Both the position numbers and the translations under genes were made by a program. 40,805 bases of DNA, taken from positions 1 through 40,805 of the forward strand of contig JBDSZF010000185.1 in NCBI GenBank assembly GCA_039925285.1, in the 5' to 3' direction. The DNA comes from Polaromonas sp. (lineage in GTDB: Bacteria; Pseudomonadota; Gammaproteobacteria; Burkholderiales; Burkholderiaceae_C). The stretch's first letter is position 1; every line of letters starts with the position of its first letter. The notes under the pieces are model-generated. The model did no database searches. It was not told where the DNA came from and saw only the letters and a program-made list of their open reading frames with translations. Positions 27,787 through 37,470 of the stretch are shown here, in pieces.

Positions 27787-29721
27787 ATGTTTGATTTCAT
27801 TCGCAAGCACACCAAGTGGACCATGGCATTGCTGTTTTTGCTGATAGTGCCGTCCTTCATATTGGTCGGCATGAACAGCAATCGTTCCGCCGAAAAGGGC
27901 AGCGTGGTGGCCAAGGTGGACGGAACTGAAATTACCCAGCCCGAGTGGGATCGGGAGCACTTGAAAGAAGTCGACCGCATGCGGGCCTCCATGCCAACGC
28001 TGGATGCCAAGCTGCTGGATTCTCCCGAAGCGCGCTATGCCACGCTTGAGCGCATGGTGCGTGACCGGGTGGTTGCCGTAGCAGCCGACAAACTCAAGCT
28101 TTCCACCAGCGACCAGCGCCTTGCGCGGGAATTGCACGACAGCCCCGAGATCGCAGCCCTGCGCCGCGCTGATGGCTCGCTTGACATGGAACGCTATCGC
28201 CAGTTGCTGGGCGCTCAGGGCATGAGCCCTGAAATGTTTGAAGCCAATGTAAGAGCCGACCTGTCCAGGCGTCAGGTTTTGGCTGGCGTTGCCAGCAGCG
28301 GATTCGCTTCCAGTTCGACCGCAGACCTCGCACTCAATGCTTATTTTGAAAAGCGCGAGATTCAGATCGCCCATTTCAATGCGGCTGATTACGCCGCAAA
28401 GTTAACTCCAACGGATGCCGATCTTGAGCAGTTTTACAAGGCCAATGAAAAGCTTTTTCAGGCACCCGAACAGGCCCGTATTGAATATGTGCTGCTTGAT
28501 CTGGACACGATCAAGAAAAGCATCACGGTCAATGAAGCCGATCTGAAAACCTATTACGAACAGAACGCCAAGCAACTGAGCGGAGCCGAAGAGCGTCGCG
28601 CCAGCCATATCCTGATTGCCTCTCCTGTGACCGCACCTGCAGCCGAGCGTGAAAAAGCCAAGGCTAAAGCAGAAGAACTGCTCGCAGCGCTCAAGAAATC
28701 CCCGGATACGTTTGCCGATGTGGCCCGAAAAAATTCACAGGATCCAGGTTCCGCTCCCAAGGGCGGCGATCTTGATTTCTTCGTCCGGGGCGCTATGGTC
28801 AAGCCGTTTGAAGACGCTGCATTTGCGATGAAAAAAGGGGATGTCAGCGACGTGGTTGCCTCTGATTTTGGCTATCACATCATCAAGCTCACCGACATCC
28901 GGGCACCCAAGCAGCGCAGTTTTGAGGAAATGAAGCCTGAGCTTGAGGCAGACCTTAAAAAGCAGCAAGCCCTGAAGAAATTTTCTGAAACTGCAGAAGC
29001 GTTCTCCAATGGTGTTTATGAGCAGTCGGACAGCCTCAAGCCGGTCGCCGAACGGTTGAAGCTCGACATTAAGACGGCGGGCAATGTCACGCGTCAGCCG
29101 CCAGCAGGAGCGACGGGCATGCTGGCCAATCCAAAATTTCTTAATGCGCTTTTTTCACCCGATTCAATTGAGAAAAAGCGCAATACTGAAGCTGTTGAAG
29201 TCGGCTCCAATCAGCTGGTATCGGGTCGTATTGTGGAGTACACGCCGGCGCGTACCCAGCCTTTGGCCGATGTGAAAGATAACGTGCGGCAGCGCTGGCT
29301 GGCTCAGCGCGGCGCCGAAGAAGCGCGCAAGGATGGCGTTGCCAAACTGACCGCATGGAAGACCGCTCCAGCCACGGCGACGTTTGCCGCACCTGTGCTG
29401 GTATCGCGCGAACAGGCGCAACAATTGCCAGTGCAGATTGTTGATGGAGCGTTGCACGCCGATTCAAATGCTTTGCCAGCTTTTACCGGTGTTGATCTGG
29501 GCTCTCAGGGCTATGCCATTGTCAAGGTCAACAAGGTCGTGCTGCGCGACACACCAGTTGATGCCGCCGCCAAGCAGGAACACAACCAGTACACCCAATG
29601 GTGGACCTCAGCGGAAACATTGGCTTATTACAACGGCCTGAAGGAACGCTTCAAGGCGGAAATTTTGGTGGCCAGGCCTGTATCTGACAAGCTAAATTTA
29701 GATGCAGGTGTAACTCAGTAA
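27787..29721 (+). CDS. ppiD: Periplasmic folding chaperone PpiD (SurA N domain plus parvulin)
   Basis: N-terminal anchor MFDFIRKH..LIVPSF; parvulin motifs ASHILI, SQDPGSA..GGDL and FGYHII. Follows hupB and tRNA. Confidence 0.92.
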   Translation: MFDFIRKHTKWTMALLFLLIVPSFILVGMNSNRSAEKGSVVAKVDGTEITQPEWDREHLKEVDRMRASMPTLDAKLLDSPEARYATLERMVRDRVVAVAADKLKLSTSDQRLARELHDSPEIAALRRADGSLDMERYRQLLGAQGMSPEMFEANVRADLSRRQVLAGVASSGFASSSTADLALNAYFEKREIQIAHFNAADYAAKLTPTDADLEQFYKANEKLFQAPEQARIEYVLLDLDTIKKSITVNEADLKTYYEQNAKQLSGAEERRASHILIASPVTAPAAEREKAKAKAEELLAALKKSPDTFADVARKNSQDPGSAPKGGDLDFFVRGAMVKPFEDAAFAMKKGDVSDVVASDFGYHIIKLTDIRAPKQRSFEEMKPELEADLKKQQALKKFSETAEAFSNGVYEQSDSLKPVAERLKLDIKTAGNVTRQPPAGATGMLANPKFLNALFSPDSIEKKRNTEAVEVGSNQLVSGRIVEYTPARTQPLADVKDNVRQRWLAQRGAEEARKDGVAKLTAWKTAPATATFAAPVLVSREQAQQLPVQIVDGALHADSNALPAFTGVDLGSQGYAIVKVNKVVLRDTPVDAAAKQEHNQYTQWWTSAETLAYYNGLKERFKAEILVARPVSDKLNLDAGVTQ

Positions 29722-29740
29722 TTTATGGCGGCTTTGCCGC

Positions 29741-29746
29741 TATAAT
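29741..29746 (+). promoter_or_regulatory. Sigma70 -10 element of tRNA-His
   Basis: TATAAT ending 10 bp before the tRNA. No clear -35. Confidence 0.6.
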
Positions 29747-29756
29747 CTATGACTAC

Positions 29757-29833
29757 GGTGGCTGTAGCTCAGTTGGTAGAGTCCAGGATTGTGATTCCTG
29801 TTGTCGTGGGTTCGAGCCCCATCAGCCACCCCA
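29757..29833 (+). tRNA. tRNA-His(GTG), including G-1
   Basis: GGTGGCTG/CAGCCACC 8-bp acceptor stem, CAGGA-TT-GTG-AT-TCCTG anticodon arm, TTCG T-loop and CCA. Confidence 0.98.
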
Positions 29834-29844
29834 ATGTTTAAAAG

Positions 29845-29878
29845 AAACCCTGCTATTTAAAAGATAGCAGGGTTTTTT
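29845..29878 (+). terminator. Intrinsic terminator after tRNA-His
   Basis: AAACCCTGCTAT-N7-ATAGCAGGG-TTTTTT. Confidence 0.9.
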
Positions 29879-30063
29879 GTTTTCTGTCTCATATAGCCAT
29901 CAGTACCGGGTTTTGTCTCGTGTGGTCACAAGCCCAGAAGTAAGAAAATCCGCATGCAGCGGTCGTCAGGTTGCGTATATGCTGTAAATAATTATCAGCA
30001 CTGCTATGACGAACAGGGCCTCAATGATGTATCTGACTATTTTTCAAGAAGCCGTCGTATCGT

Positions 30064-30450
30064 CTAGGGATTTTCGGCTTTGGGTGGGAGGGCTGTCTGG
30101 CCTGAGTCCTCGATGAGACGCGCTTTTGTTTCAGCGTTGAGCGAAACGCCGCCCCGAGTGTCGATAAAAACCTCGCGCTCACGGCCAAAAGACGAAAAGG
30201 AATCGAAAGTCAGAATATCCATCCAAATCGCCGGGAACACCAAGAACGCAATGGTCACGCACAGAAACAATACGGAAAGTGAGCACTTCATGAGGTCGCG
30301 CCGTCGCGTTTTGTGCGTGAACTTTGTCTTCGTCGCTTGACACCGTCGGCAGATGTATTTCGAATATCGGTTTTTGTGACAATCCCTGCGTTCAACGGTG
30401 GCTGCGCAAGCCGAACAGACCCTGGGCTGCGTAGAGGACTTTGGTGCCAT
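30064..30450 (-). CDS. Hypothetical C4 zinc-finger single-pass membrane protein (paralog A), 128 aa
   Basis: CSAC-x18-CRRC, basic linker and hydrophobic helix. AGGAAG before the ATG. Paralogous to 30717..31010. Confidence 0.75.
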   Translation of the reverse strand: MAPKSSTQPRVCSACAATVERRDCHKNRYSKYICRRCQATKTKFTHKTRRRDLMKCSLSVLFLCVTIAFLVFPAIWMDILTFDSFSSFGREREVFIDTRGGVSLNAETKARLIEDSGQTALPPKAENP

Positions 30451-30716
30451 CTTGGCTTCCTATGTGTTGATCCCACGCCTCATGGCTGGAAATTTTCACT
30501 TCCCGCATCAGCACTTTTCGACATTGTGCTGAATTCCTCTGGCTGCTTTCCTCTATAGCTGTCTACGCCATAGAATGCTGGCGCTTTCCAGTTCAAGGCG
30601 CGGAGACCCCATTATCATCAGCTTGTTCATCAAGGCTTGGGGGCGGCCGAGGAACAAGTCTGCAGTCCGTTCCAGGTGCAAGAAAGCCCGTACCCAGCGA
30701 GTCTGATTATGCTCAA

Positions 30717-31010
30717 ATGGCAAAATGCTCACCCATAAGCCAGGAACTTGCTATCAAAAATGCTGATTTCTCGGATCGTCCTGATATGCCGAGTGTTTGT
30801 TCCGCCTGTGGCGCGACCGTTGCTCGCCACGATTGCCATAAGAATCGGTATGGGGAATACATCTGCCGGAGATGCCAGCGTGCCGGGATAAATTTCACAT
30901 GGCGTCAGCGTCTGCGACACTCGAAGAATTGGGTGCTCCCTGCATTTTTGTTGAGCTTGGTCGTTGCGAGTTTGGTCATGTGGGCGTTTTGGATGTTCAA
31001 TTCTTATTGA
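30717..31010 (+). CDS. Hypothetical C4 zinc-finger tail-anchored membrane protein (paralog B); start 30717 or 30786
   Basis: CSAC-x18-CRRC with a C-terminal hydrophobic helix. 22 of 27 residues identical to paralog A across the finger. Confidence 0.75.
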   Translation: MAKCSPISQELAIKNADFSDRPDMPSVCSACGATVARHDCHKNRYGEYICRRCQRAGINFTWRQRLRHSKNWVLPAFLLSLVVASLVMWAFWMFNSY

Positions 31011-31043
31011 ATGTAAGCAGCCTGCCATGGCATTGACCCTGAA

Positions 31044-31196
31044 CAGGAAGAGCGAATCCGGGCCAAGGATAGCCTTGGCCCAGCCGCCGACAAAGCCGAC
31101 GAAGGACACCACCATGATGAGCGGACCGGGTGTCGTTTCGCCAAGTGCCAGGCCATCAATCATCTGTGGCGCGGTCAGCCACTGGTCATCCTCGAC
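31044..31196 (-). pseudogene. chrA: Internal fragment of a chromate efflux transporter
   Basis: WLTAPQMIDGLALGETTPGPLIMVVSFVGFVGG is the ChrA C-half signature. Only about 50 codons are present. Confidence 0.8.
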
Positions 31197-31228
31197 CCGC
31201 GACACATTCAAAAAAGAAAGAGAGTTGC

Positions 31229-32518
31229 ATGCGTTTCATCCATACCGCTGACTTGCACATTGACAGCCCCTTGCGTGGGCTAAGCCGCTATGAAGGTGCG
31301 CCGCTCGAAAGGCTGCGCGGTGCGACGCGCCGTGCGCTGGAGCGGCTGGTTGATCTGGCCATTGACGAGCAGGTGGACTTTGTGCTGATTGCCGGCGATT
31401 TGTATGACCGTGACTGGCAGGACTTTCATACCGGCCTTTTCGTGCGCGAGCAGATGGTGCGCCTCGGCCGCGCCAGCATCCGGGTTTTTATCGTGCAGGG
31501 CAATCATGATGCACGGGGCGTCATTACCCGACAGATTCCATGGCCCGACAATGTGAAAGTGTTTTCCAGCCGCACGGCCGAAACCGTTCATCTGGAGTCT
31601 CTGGGCGTAGCCATTCACGGCCACAGTTTTCCGGACCGCGAGGTGCCTGAAAACCTGTCGCTCGGCTACCCGGCTGCGCTGCCGGGCTGCTTCAATATTG
31701 GTCTTTTGCACACCAGCCTGACCGGCATGGAAGGGCACGATACTTATGCGCCCGCTACGCTGCCGGACCTGAAGTCCAGGGGCTACGATTACTGGGCGCT
31801 AGGGCATATCCATGCACGACAAGTGATCTGCGAGCAACCCCGGGTGGTGTTTCCTGGCAATTTGCAGGGCCGCCATGCGCGCGAGACCGGCGCCAAGGGC
31901 TGTGAGCTGGTGACGGTTGACGGCTCCACGCTGGCCGCCCGCTTTATGCCGCTGGCCGTGGTGCGCTGGCACCAGATTGGCATTGATTTGCAGCCGCTTC
32001 AAACCCTGGACGAGTTGCCGCGTCAGGTCAGGCAAGCGTTGCAGCTGGCTGCGTCTGACGCGGGCGATGTGCTGCACGCCGTCAGGGTTTTGTTGACCGG
32101 TGAATCGCATCTGCACGCCCTGGAAGCGCGTCAGCCCGGAACGCTGGCGGCGGCAGTTCAGGCCGCTGCGCAGGACGTGTCAGGCGCGGAGGTCTGGATT
32201 GAGCAGGTCAAGCTCGATTTGCGCTCCCCGGTGGACCGCTCCCGGCTGGGGCAGGGCGACGATGCGCTGGGCGAATTGGTACGCTGGGTCGATAGGTTGT
32301 CGTGCGATGGACTGGCGCTGGGCGATTTTTGCCGGAATGCCTTGTCCGACGTGCTGGGCAAAGTGCCTGCCGAGGTGCTGGCGGCGCTCGCGCATGAGAC
32401 CGCCGATACGTCCGGCGATATTCCCCGCCTGGACGACGGGGCTGCGCTGCTGGCCTTGTTGAAGGATGCTGAAGCCACTTTGCTGGCACGTTTGAATGTC
32501 AGCGAGCTGCCGTCATGA
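31229..32518 (+). CDS. yhaO: Mre11/SbcD-like metallophosphoesterase nuclease (YhaO family)
   Basis: HTADLH, AGDLYD, GNHD, LLHT, ALGHIH and PGNLQGR. Start MRFIH at 31229. Confidence 0.9.
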   Translation: MRFIHTADLHIDSPLRGLSRYEGAPLERLRGATRRALERLVDLAIDEQVDFVLIAGDLYDRDWQDFHTGLFVREQMVRLGRASIRVFIVQGNHDARGVITRQIPWPDNVKVFSSRTAETVHLESLGVAIHGHSFPDREVPENLSLGYPAALPGCFNIGLLHTSLTGMEGHDTYAPATLPDLKSRGYDYWALGHIHARQVICEQPRVVFPGNLQGRHARETGAKGCELVTVDGSTLAARFMPLAVVRWHQIGIDLQPLQTLDELPRQVRQALQLAASDAGDVLHAVRVLLTGESHLHALEARQPGTLAAAVQAAAQDVSGAEVWIEQVKLDLRSPVDRSRLGQGDDALGELVRWVDRLSCDGLALGDFCRNALSDVLGKVPAEVLAALAHETADTSGDIPRLDDGAALLALLKDAEATLLARLNVSELPS

Positions 32519-35500
32519 AAATCAGCAAATTATTCCTGAAGGCGTTTGGTCCCTTTACCAATGCGACACTGGATTTTTCCGGACCCGCCGGGCTGCACCT
32601 GATTTATGGTCCCAACGAGGCCGGAAAGTCGTCGGCACTTCGGGCGATCACCGATTTGCGTTACGGGATACCGGTACGCAGCAAGGATGATTTTGTCCAT
32701 GAGTTCAAGGACATGCTGCTGGCGGGCTGTTTCGAGGACGTTGCCGGCCGTAGCGTTGGCCTGGCGCGGCGCAAGGGCAATAAAGACCCGCTGATGAGCG
32801 CCGACCCGGCAACCGGCGCGCCGCTGACGGGTTTCCCGGTTTCTCCAGAGGTGCTGCTGGCGCTGACGGGCGGTGTGGCGCGTGAGCAGTTTGAAACCAT
32901 GTATGGCCTGAACTCTTCGCACCTGCGCAAGGGCGGGCAGATGCTGATTCAGGGCGAAGGTGAACTGGGCGCCGCCTTGTTCGAAGCCAGCACCGGCTCT
33001 GCCGGGATCAAGGCGATGCTGCAGACTTTGCAAACCGATGCCAAAAAGTATTTCGTACCGAAAGGCCAGTTGCCGATTTTGAACGAAGCCGCGCGCCAGC
33101 TGGACGACGCCCGGCAGCGCTACAAGCAGGCCGTGACCAAGCCAGACCAGTGGAAAGCGCTCAAGCGAGTGCATGAAGAGGCGAAAAGTCGCTTGGCGGT
33201 AGTCCGGGACCAATTGACCGGGCAACGCAGGCGGCTGGCCGAACTGACTGAACTGCGCGCCGTAGAACCCTTGCTGCGCGAGCTCGATCTGGCTGAGGGG
33301 CAATGGGCCGAGGTGCAGTGCCATGTGGCGCTGCCAGCCGATACGCGAGAGCGCCGGCTGGCTGCGCTTCAACAGAAAGCCCGCTCGCAAGCTGCGTTGA
33401 CAGAAGCCGACGAAGCGCTTGGCGAGTGCCGGCATGCCTTGCTGGCGCTGAACATTGAACCCTTGTTGTTAACCCATGCGCCCGCCATCGACCGGCTCGA
33501 AGCTGACTTGTCCCTGGTTCGGCGCGAGCGCGATTTGCGGCTCAAGCTGCAGGCTTCTACCGATGACGAGGCTGCTCAGCTGATGCTGCAGGCGCAACGC
33601 ATGACGCAGGCCGGAAAAACCATCGAGAGTCTGGATGCGTTTTTCAGTCATACGCCTTCGGCGGCGGAGCAGGCTGAAATCGAGCGTGCGCTGGAGGTGT
33701 TTCAGGCATTGACGCTCGATTTGCAGCATGTCCAGGCGCGGCTCAGTGTTTCCGGGCGCAAGCTTGCGCAGTTGCAGCGCGAGGTGATCGATGAGCCGGC
33801 GCCGCAGCTGCAGCAGACCCTCTCATTGGCGCTGGGACAGGCGCAATCGCTGGGCGACGCCGAAAAGCGTCTGGCCGAGTTGAGCGCCGGACTGAACACC
33901 GAGCAACGCAAGCTCGATCGTTCCCTGACGGATTTGGGCCTGGAATCGTTTGGGCAATTGACGGTTTCACGCTGGCTGGCTGCTGCCGAGATCGATGCCT
34001 ATGAACGTGAACGCAGCGAATGGCGCAAGCAGGCTGCGCTGAGCGAAAGCAAGCGGGAGCAGCTGCAGACTGATTTGGCGGCGCAGCAACGACGCAGCAA
34101 GGGCCTGGCGGCAAGCGGCGAGGTCGTGTCGGCCGACACCTTGCGCCATGCCAGAGCCCGGCGGGACGAGGACTGGCAGATGATTCGCACGGTATTCATC
34201 GACCCGAAAAAACGAACCGATCAGGCCCTGTCTGGCCAGATGCCGGGGCGTGCCCTACCCGATTCACCCGATTTATCCGAAAAGTTCGAGCATGCTCAGG
34301 CGCAGGCAGACCGGCAGGCGGACTTGCTGCGCGAGGGCGCCCGGCGAGCCGCCGAGGTGGCGGAATGTGAGCAGCGGATTGCAGAGATGAGGCAGGCGCT
34401 TGCTGCTCTGCAGACCACCCAAGCCGCGCAGGCCCATTCGCTGTCGGCTCTGGATCAACACTGGCACCAAACGCTGTCGCGGCTGGAGATTCCGGCCGGC
34501 ACGGCGGCCACCGTGCGTGAATGGCTGTCCTTGCGGCAAGCAGCGCTTGAACGGCATGAACGTCTTGAACAGGCGAAACACGCGCAGGCATTGCTGGCGC
34601 AGCAGATGGCGGCGGCCAGCAAGCATCTGCTGGCCACCCTGGCGGCCCTGGGGCATACGCTTCCCGACGGCCTGCATGCGCTGGATGCCCTGATTGCGCT
34701 GGGCACAGCGGCTGATCGCGACATGGTGGCGACGCGGGCGGCTATGCAGCGGCGCGCCATCGACATGGCTGGCCTGGCGCAGGAGGTTCAGGCGGATCAG
34801 GCCAGGGCCGCCGAACTGGCGCATCTGCTTCAGGCTCGCCAAGGCACACTGGACGAACACTGCCTTCATCTTTACCTGGGCAAGGGCGTGGTCGCTGAAA
34901 CGATCAAGGCGCGTCTTGCCGAACTTCAGCGCTGGGTCAATGACTGCCAGAGGCATGTCGGGCATCTGCAGCAACTCAAGGAAATGAAGGCCAGCGAAGC
35001 GGCTGCCGAAAACTCAGCCCATGCTTTGGGCCAGCTCCTGCAGGAGCCCGTTTGGCAGCATCTTGATGCATGGGTCGATGGTCTGGTGCAGCGGCTGTCG
35101 CAGTCGCGTGAGGCGGCGGCGATGAAGGTCAGCCTGGAGCGCAGCGAAGCCGAAGAAATAAAGCGTCAGCAACGGGCGCTTTCCGACCTGGACGGTGCCG
35201 TCAAAATGCTTGAAGCACTGGCGCAGCAGGCTGGGGTGCAGCATGCCGACGAACTGCCAGAGGCTGAAACCCATTCTGAACGGCGGCGCTCAGTGATGGC
35301 GCGTCTGGAAGAACTGAAGGATCAGCTGGCCCGGACTTCCCCGAAAAACGCTGCCATACTGCGGGCAGAACTGGCTGACCTGGACAGCGTGGCGATTGAT
35401 CTGGAAAAACAGACCTGCTCCGCCGGGATTGAGCGGCTCGAATCAGAGGAAAAGGTCGCTATCGATGTCGAGCAGGTCGCCCGGGCCGCATTGGCTCAGG

Positions 35501-36078
35501 TCGATACCTCGGATGAGGCGGCCCAGGCTAGGGAAGAAATGGAAGCGGCCATCGCCCGCTACCGTGCCGGCGTACGGCCGTGGGCGCAGCTCAAGCTCGC
35601 AGAAGCCTTGCTGGGCGAAGCCTTGCGGCGCCACCGCGAAAAGGCGCAAGGCCCGGTGGTGGCGCTGGCGGGAGACTATTTCCGGCTGATGACCGGCGGG
35701 CGATTCATCCGGCTGCTGGTCGATGCCGACAGTGACGTTCCCCTGTTGCTGGCCCAGCCGGCGCAGGGCAAGCCCATGGACATTTCCGCGCTGAGCGAAG
35801 GCACGGCAGACCAGTTGTATCTGGCGCTGCGGCTGGCCGCGCTACAGGTGCAGCGCAAGCCCGAGCGGATGATGCCGCTGGTGCTGGACGATGTGCTCAT
35901 GACCGCCGATGATGAACGGGCCGCCCACATGTTGCGCGCGCTGGAGAAATTTTCCGCCAACGCCCAGGTGCTGGTGTTCACACATCACTCTCATCTGCTG
36001 GACATTGCATCCAGGACGGTGGCGCAAAATGGGCTGCGCGTTCATCGGCTGGAATCGGCTTTTGAACGTAATCAATAA
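32515..36078 (+). CDS. yhaN: SMC/Rad50-like coiled-coil ATPase (YhaN/AAA_27 family), 1187 aa
   Basis: Walker A GPNEAGKS, long coiled coil, signature LSEGT, Walker B LVLDD and FTHH. ATGA overlap with the nuclease gene. Confidence 0.9.
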   Translation: MKISKLFLKAFGPFTNATLDFSGPAGLHLIYGPNEAGKSSALRAITDLRYGIPVRSKDDFVHEFKDMLLAGCFEDVAGRSVGLARRKGNKDPLMSADPATGAPLTGFPVSPEVLLALTGGVAREQFETMYGLNSSHLRKGGQMLIQGEGELGAALFEASTGSAGIKAMLQTLQTDAKKYFVPKGQLPILNEAARQLDDARQRYKQAVTKPDQWKALKRVHEEAKSRLAVVRDQLTGQRRRLAELTELRAVEPLLRELDLAEGQWAEVQCHVALPADTRERRLAALQQKARSQAALTEADEALGECRHALLALNIEPLLLTHAPAIDRLEADLSLVRRERDLRLKLQASTDDEAAQLMLQAQRMTQAGKTIESLDAFFSHTPSAAEQAEIERALEVFQALTLDLQHVQARLSVSGRKLAQLQREVIDEPAPQLQQTLSLALGQAQSLGDAEKRLAELSAGLNTEQRKLDRSLTDLGLESFGQLTVSRWLAAAEIDAYERERSEWRKQAALSESKREQLQTDLAAQQRRSKGLAASGEVVSADTLRHARARRDEDWQMIRTVFIDPKKRTDQALSGQMPGRALPDSPDLSEKFEHAQAQADRQADLLREGARRAAEVAECEQRIAEMRQALAALQTTQAAQAHSLSALDQHWHQTLSRLEIPAGTAATVREWLSLRQAALERHERLEQAKHAQALLAQQMAAASKHLLATLAALGHTLPDGLHALDALIALGTAADRDMVATRAAMQRRAIDMAGLAQEVQADQARAAELAHLLQARQGTLDEHCLHLYLGKGVVAETIKARLAELQRWVNDCQRHVGHLQQLKEMKASEAAAENSAHALGQLLQEPVWQHLDAWVDGLVQRLSQSREAAAMKVSLERSEAEEIKRQQRALSDLDGAVKMLEALAQQAGVQHADELPEAETHSERRRSVMARLEELKDQLARTSPKNAAILRAELADLDSVAIDLEKQTCSAGIERLESEEKVAIDVEQVARAALAQVDTSDEAAQAREEMEAAIARYRAGVRPWAQLKLAEALLGEALRRHREKAQGPVVALAGDYFRLMTGGRFIRLLVDADSDVPLLLAQPAQGKPMDISALSEGTADQLYLALRLAALQVQRKPERMMPLVLDDVLMTADDERAAHMLRALEKFSANAQVLVFTHHSHLLDIASRTVAQNGLRVHRLESAFERNQ

Positions 36079-36122
36079 GACCTGCTATCAATCAGGTAGT
36101 GAATGACAGAAAAGAGGATTGA

Positions 36123-36404
36123 ATGATTGTTCGTTTTCACATCGACCCGATGGAACAGAGTCTGTACGAATACAGCGTCAGTTATGAAGGTGAGCCGCTG
36201 TATGCCGACGTTGGCTTGGGCAGCATAGAAGAATGCATCGTCGCCGCCACAGAAGGACTGGACCGCGATGCCGTGGCCGCAGAAATAGCTTACAAGGGAG
36301 TGATCAGCGGCACTTATGCGCTGGCGTCGCTGGCGTTGATGTCGGCGCAGATTGCTGATCATGCGCTGCAGACCACCCTTGCCATTGAAGAAGTCAGCGA
36401 ATAA
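36123..36404 (+). CDS. Small acidic hypothetical protein, 93 aa
   Basis: AGAGGA RBS before the ATG. Fills the gap between the ATPase and SRP RNA. 16 D/E versus 3 K/R. Confidence 0.7.
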   Translation: MIVRFHIDPMEQSLYEYSVSYEGEPLYADVGLGSIEECIVAATEGLDRDAVAAEIAYKGVISGTYALASLALMSAQIADHALQTTLAIEEVSE

Positions 36405-36410
36405 AAATAA

Positions 36411-36509
36411 GGTGACGAGCCTTGACCCCGGCACTGGCTCCGCAGTTAGGGCTGCTTGGTTCCCCATCTGACCCGGTTGGCCGCTTTACCATGCGGGAAG
36501 GCCCGTCGC
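36411..36509 (-). ncRNA. ffs: SRP (4.5S) RNA; ends approximate
   Basis: Minus strand reads GACGGGCCTT..GGTCAGATGG-GGAA-CCAAGCAGCC..AAGGCTCGTC, a long hairpin with GGAA tetraloop and AGCAG. TATAAT at 36520-36515. Near dnaX, as usual. Confidence 0.88.
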
Positions 36510-36702
36510 TTTTGATTATAGGGGCTTGCCATCCGTCTTTCAGGCCCTGCGGTAATTTCAGTGAAACGAAGAGTGGACTGCTCGATGCACCGGTTCAGGG
36601 TCTGCGGCTGTTTACTCACCGAAGATGCAGGGCAATGTTGCGAGTTTCCCCGCCAGAGAAGGCACAATCACGGCTTCAAGTTTCCAGCACAAGGAATCCC
36701 CT

Positions 36703-37470
36703 ATGCCATGCGTCGTATTCAATCAAAAAGGGGGGGTGGGCAAGTCCACCATCACCTGCAATCTGGCCGCCATCAGCGCCAGCCAGGGTCTGCGCACCCT
36801 GGTCATTGACCTGGACCCGCAGGGCAACTCCAGTGCCTACCTGATGGGTGGGCAAGCCACGGATGGCCAGCCCAACGTGGCGGATTTTTTTGAAAATACC
36901 CTGAGCTTCAGCCTGCGCAAGGTGTTGCCTGCCGAGTTCATCGTCGCCACGCCGCATGAAGGCCTGGATTTGATGCCCTCCAGCCCCAAGCTGGACGAAC
37001 TGCAGACGAAGCTGGAGTCGCGTCACAAGCTATTCAAGCTGCGCGAGGCGCTGCAGCAACTGGCCAGCGACTATGACCGTATCTACATCGATACGCCGCC
37101 TGCGCTGAATTTTTACACCCGCTCGGCGCTGATAGCCGCGCACGGCTGCCTGATCCCGTTCGATTGCGATGATTTTTCGCGCAAGGCGCTTTACACTCTG
37201 CTGGAAAACGTGCAGGAGATCCAGGCTGATCACAATGCCGGTCTGGTGGTGGAAGGCATCGTGGTCAACCAGTTCCAGCCCCGGGCCAATCTGCCACAGC
37301 GCATCGTCAATGAACTGATTGCAGAAGGCCTGCCGGTGCTGCAGCCCTACCTGCCATGCTCCATCAAAGTCCGTGAATCCCATGAGCAGTCGCTGCCCAT
37401 GATCTACCTGGACCCTGGCCACAAGCTGACGCAGGCGCTCGTGGCGCTGCATGCCACGCTCAAGCGCTGA
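36703..37470 (+). CDS. Orphan ParA/Soj family ATPase
   Basis: Deviant Walker A NQKGGVGKST, IDLDPQGN and IDTPP. AAGGA RBS before the ATG at 36703. Confidence 0.9.
   Translation: MPCVVFNQKGGVGKSTITCNLAAISASQGLRTLVIDLDPQGNSSAYLMGGQATDGQPNVADFFENTLSFSLRKVLPAEFIVATPHEGLDLMPSSPKLDELQTKLESRHKLFKLREALQQLASDYDRIYIDTPPALNFYTRSALIAAHGCLIPFDCDDFSRKALYTLLENVQEIQADHNAGLVVEGIVVNQFQPRANLPQRIVNELIAEGLPVLQPYLPCSIKVRESHEQSLPMIYLDPGHKLTQALVALHATLKR

Noticed and set aside
29980-30000. TGCTG-TAAATAATTAT-CAGCA as a LexA box
   Set aside because: Spacing is CTG-N11-CAG, one base too long, and no gene starts next to it.
30729-31211. 160-aa minus-strand ORF as an intact gene
   Set aside because: It is the chrA fragment read through into the antisense of paralog B.
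29815-36520. att-type duplication of the tRNA-His or ffs 3' end, or an integrase
   Set aside because: None found by eye, so the islet is not called an integrative element.
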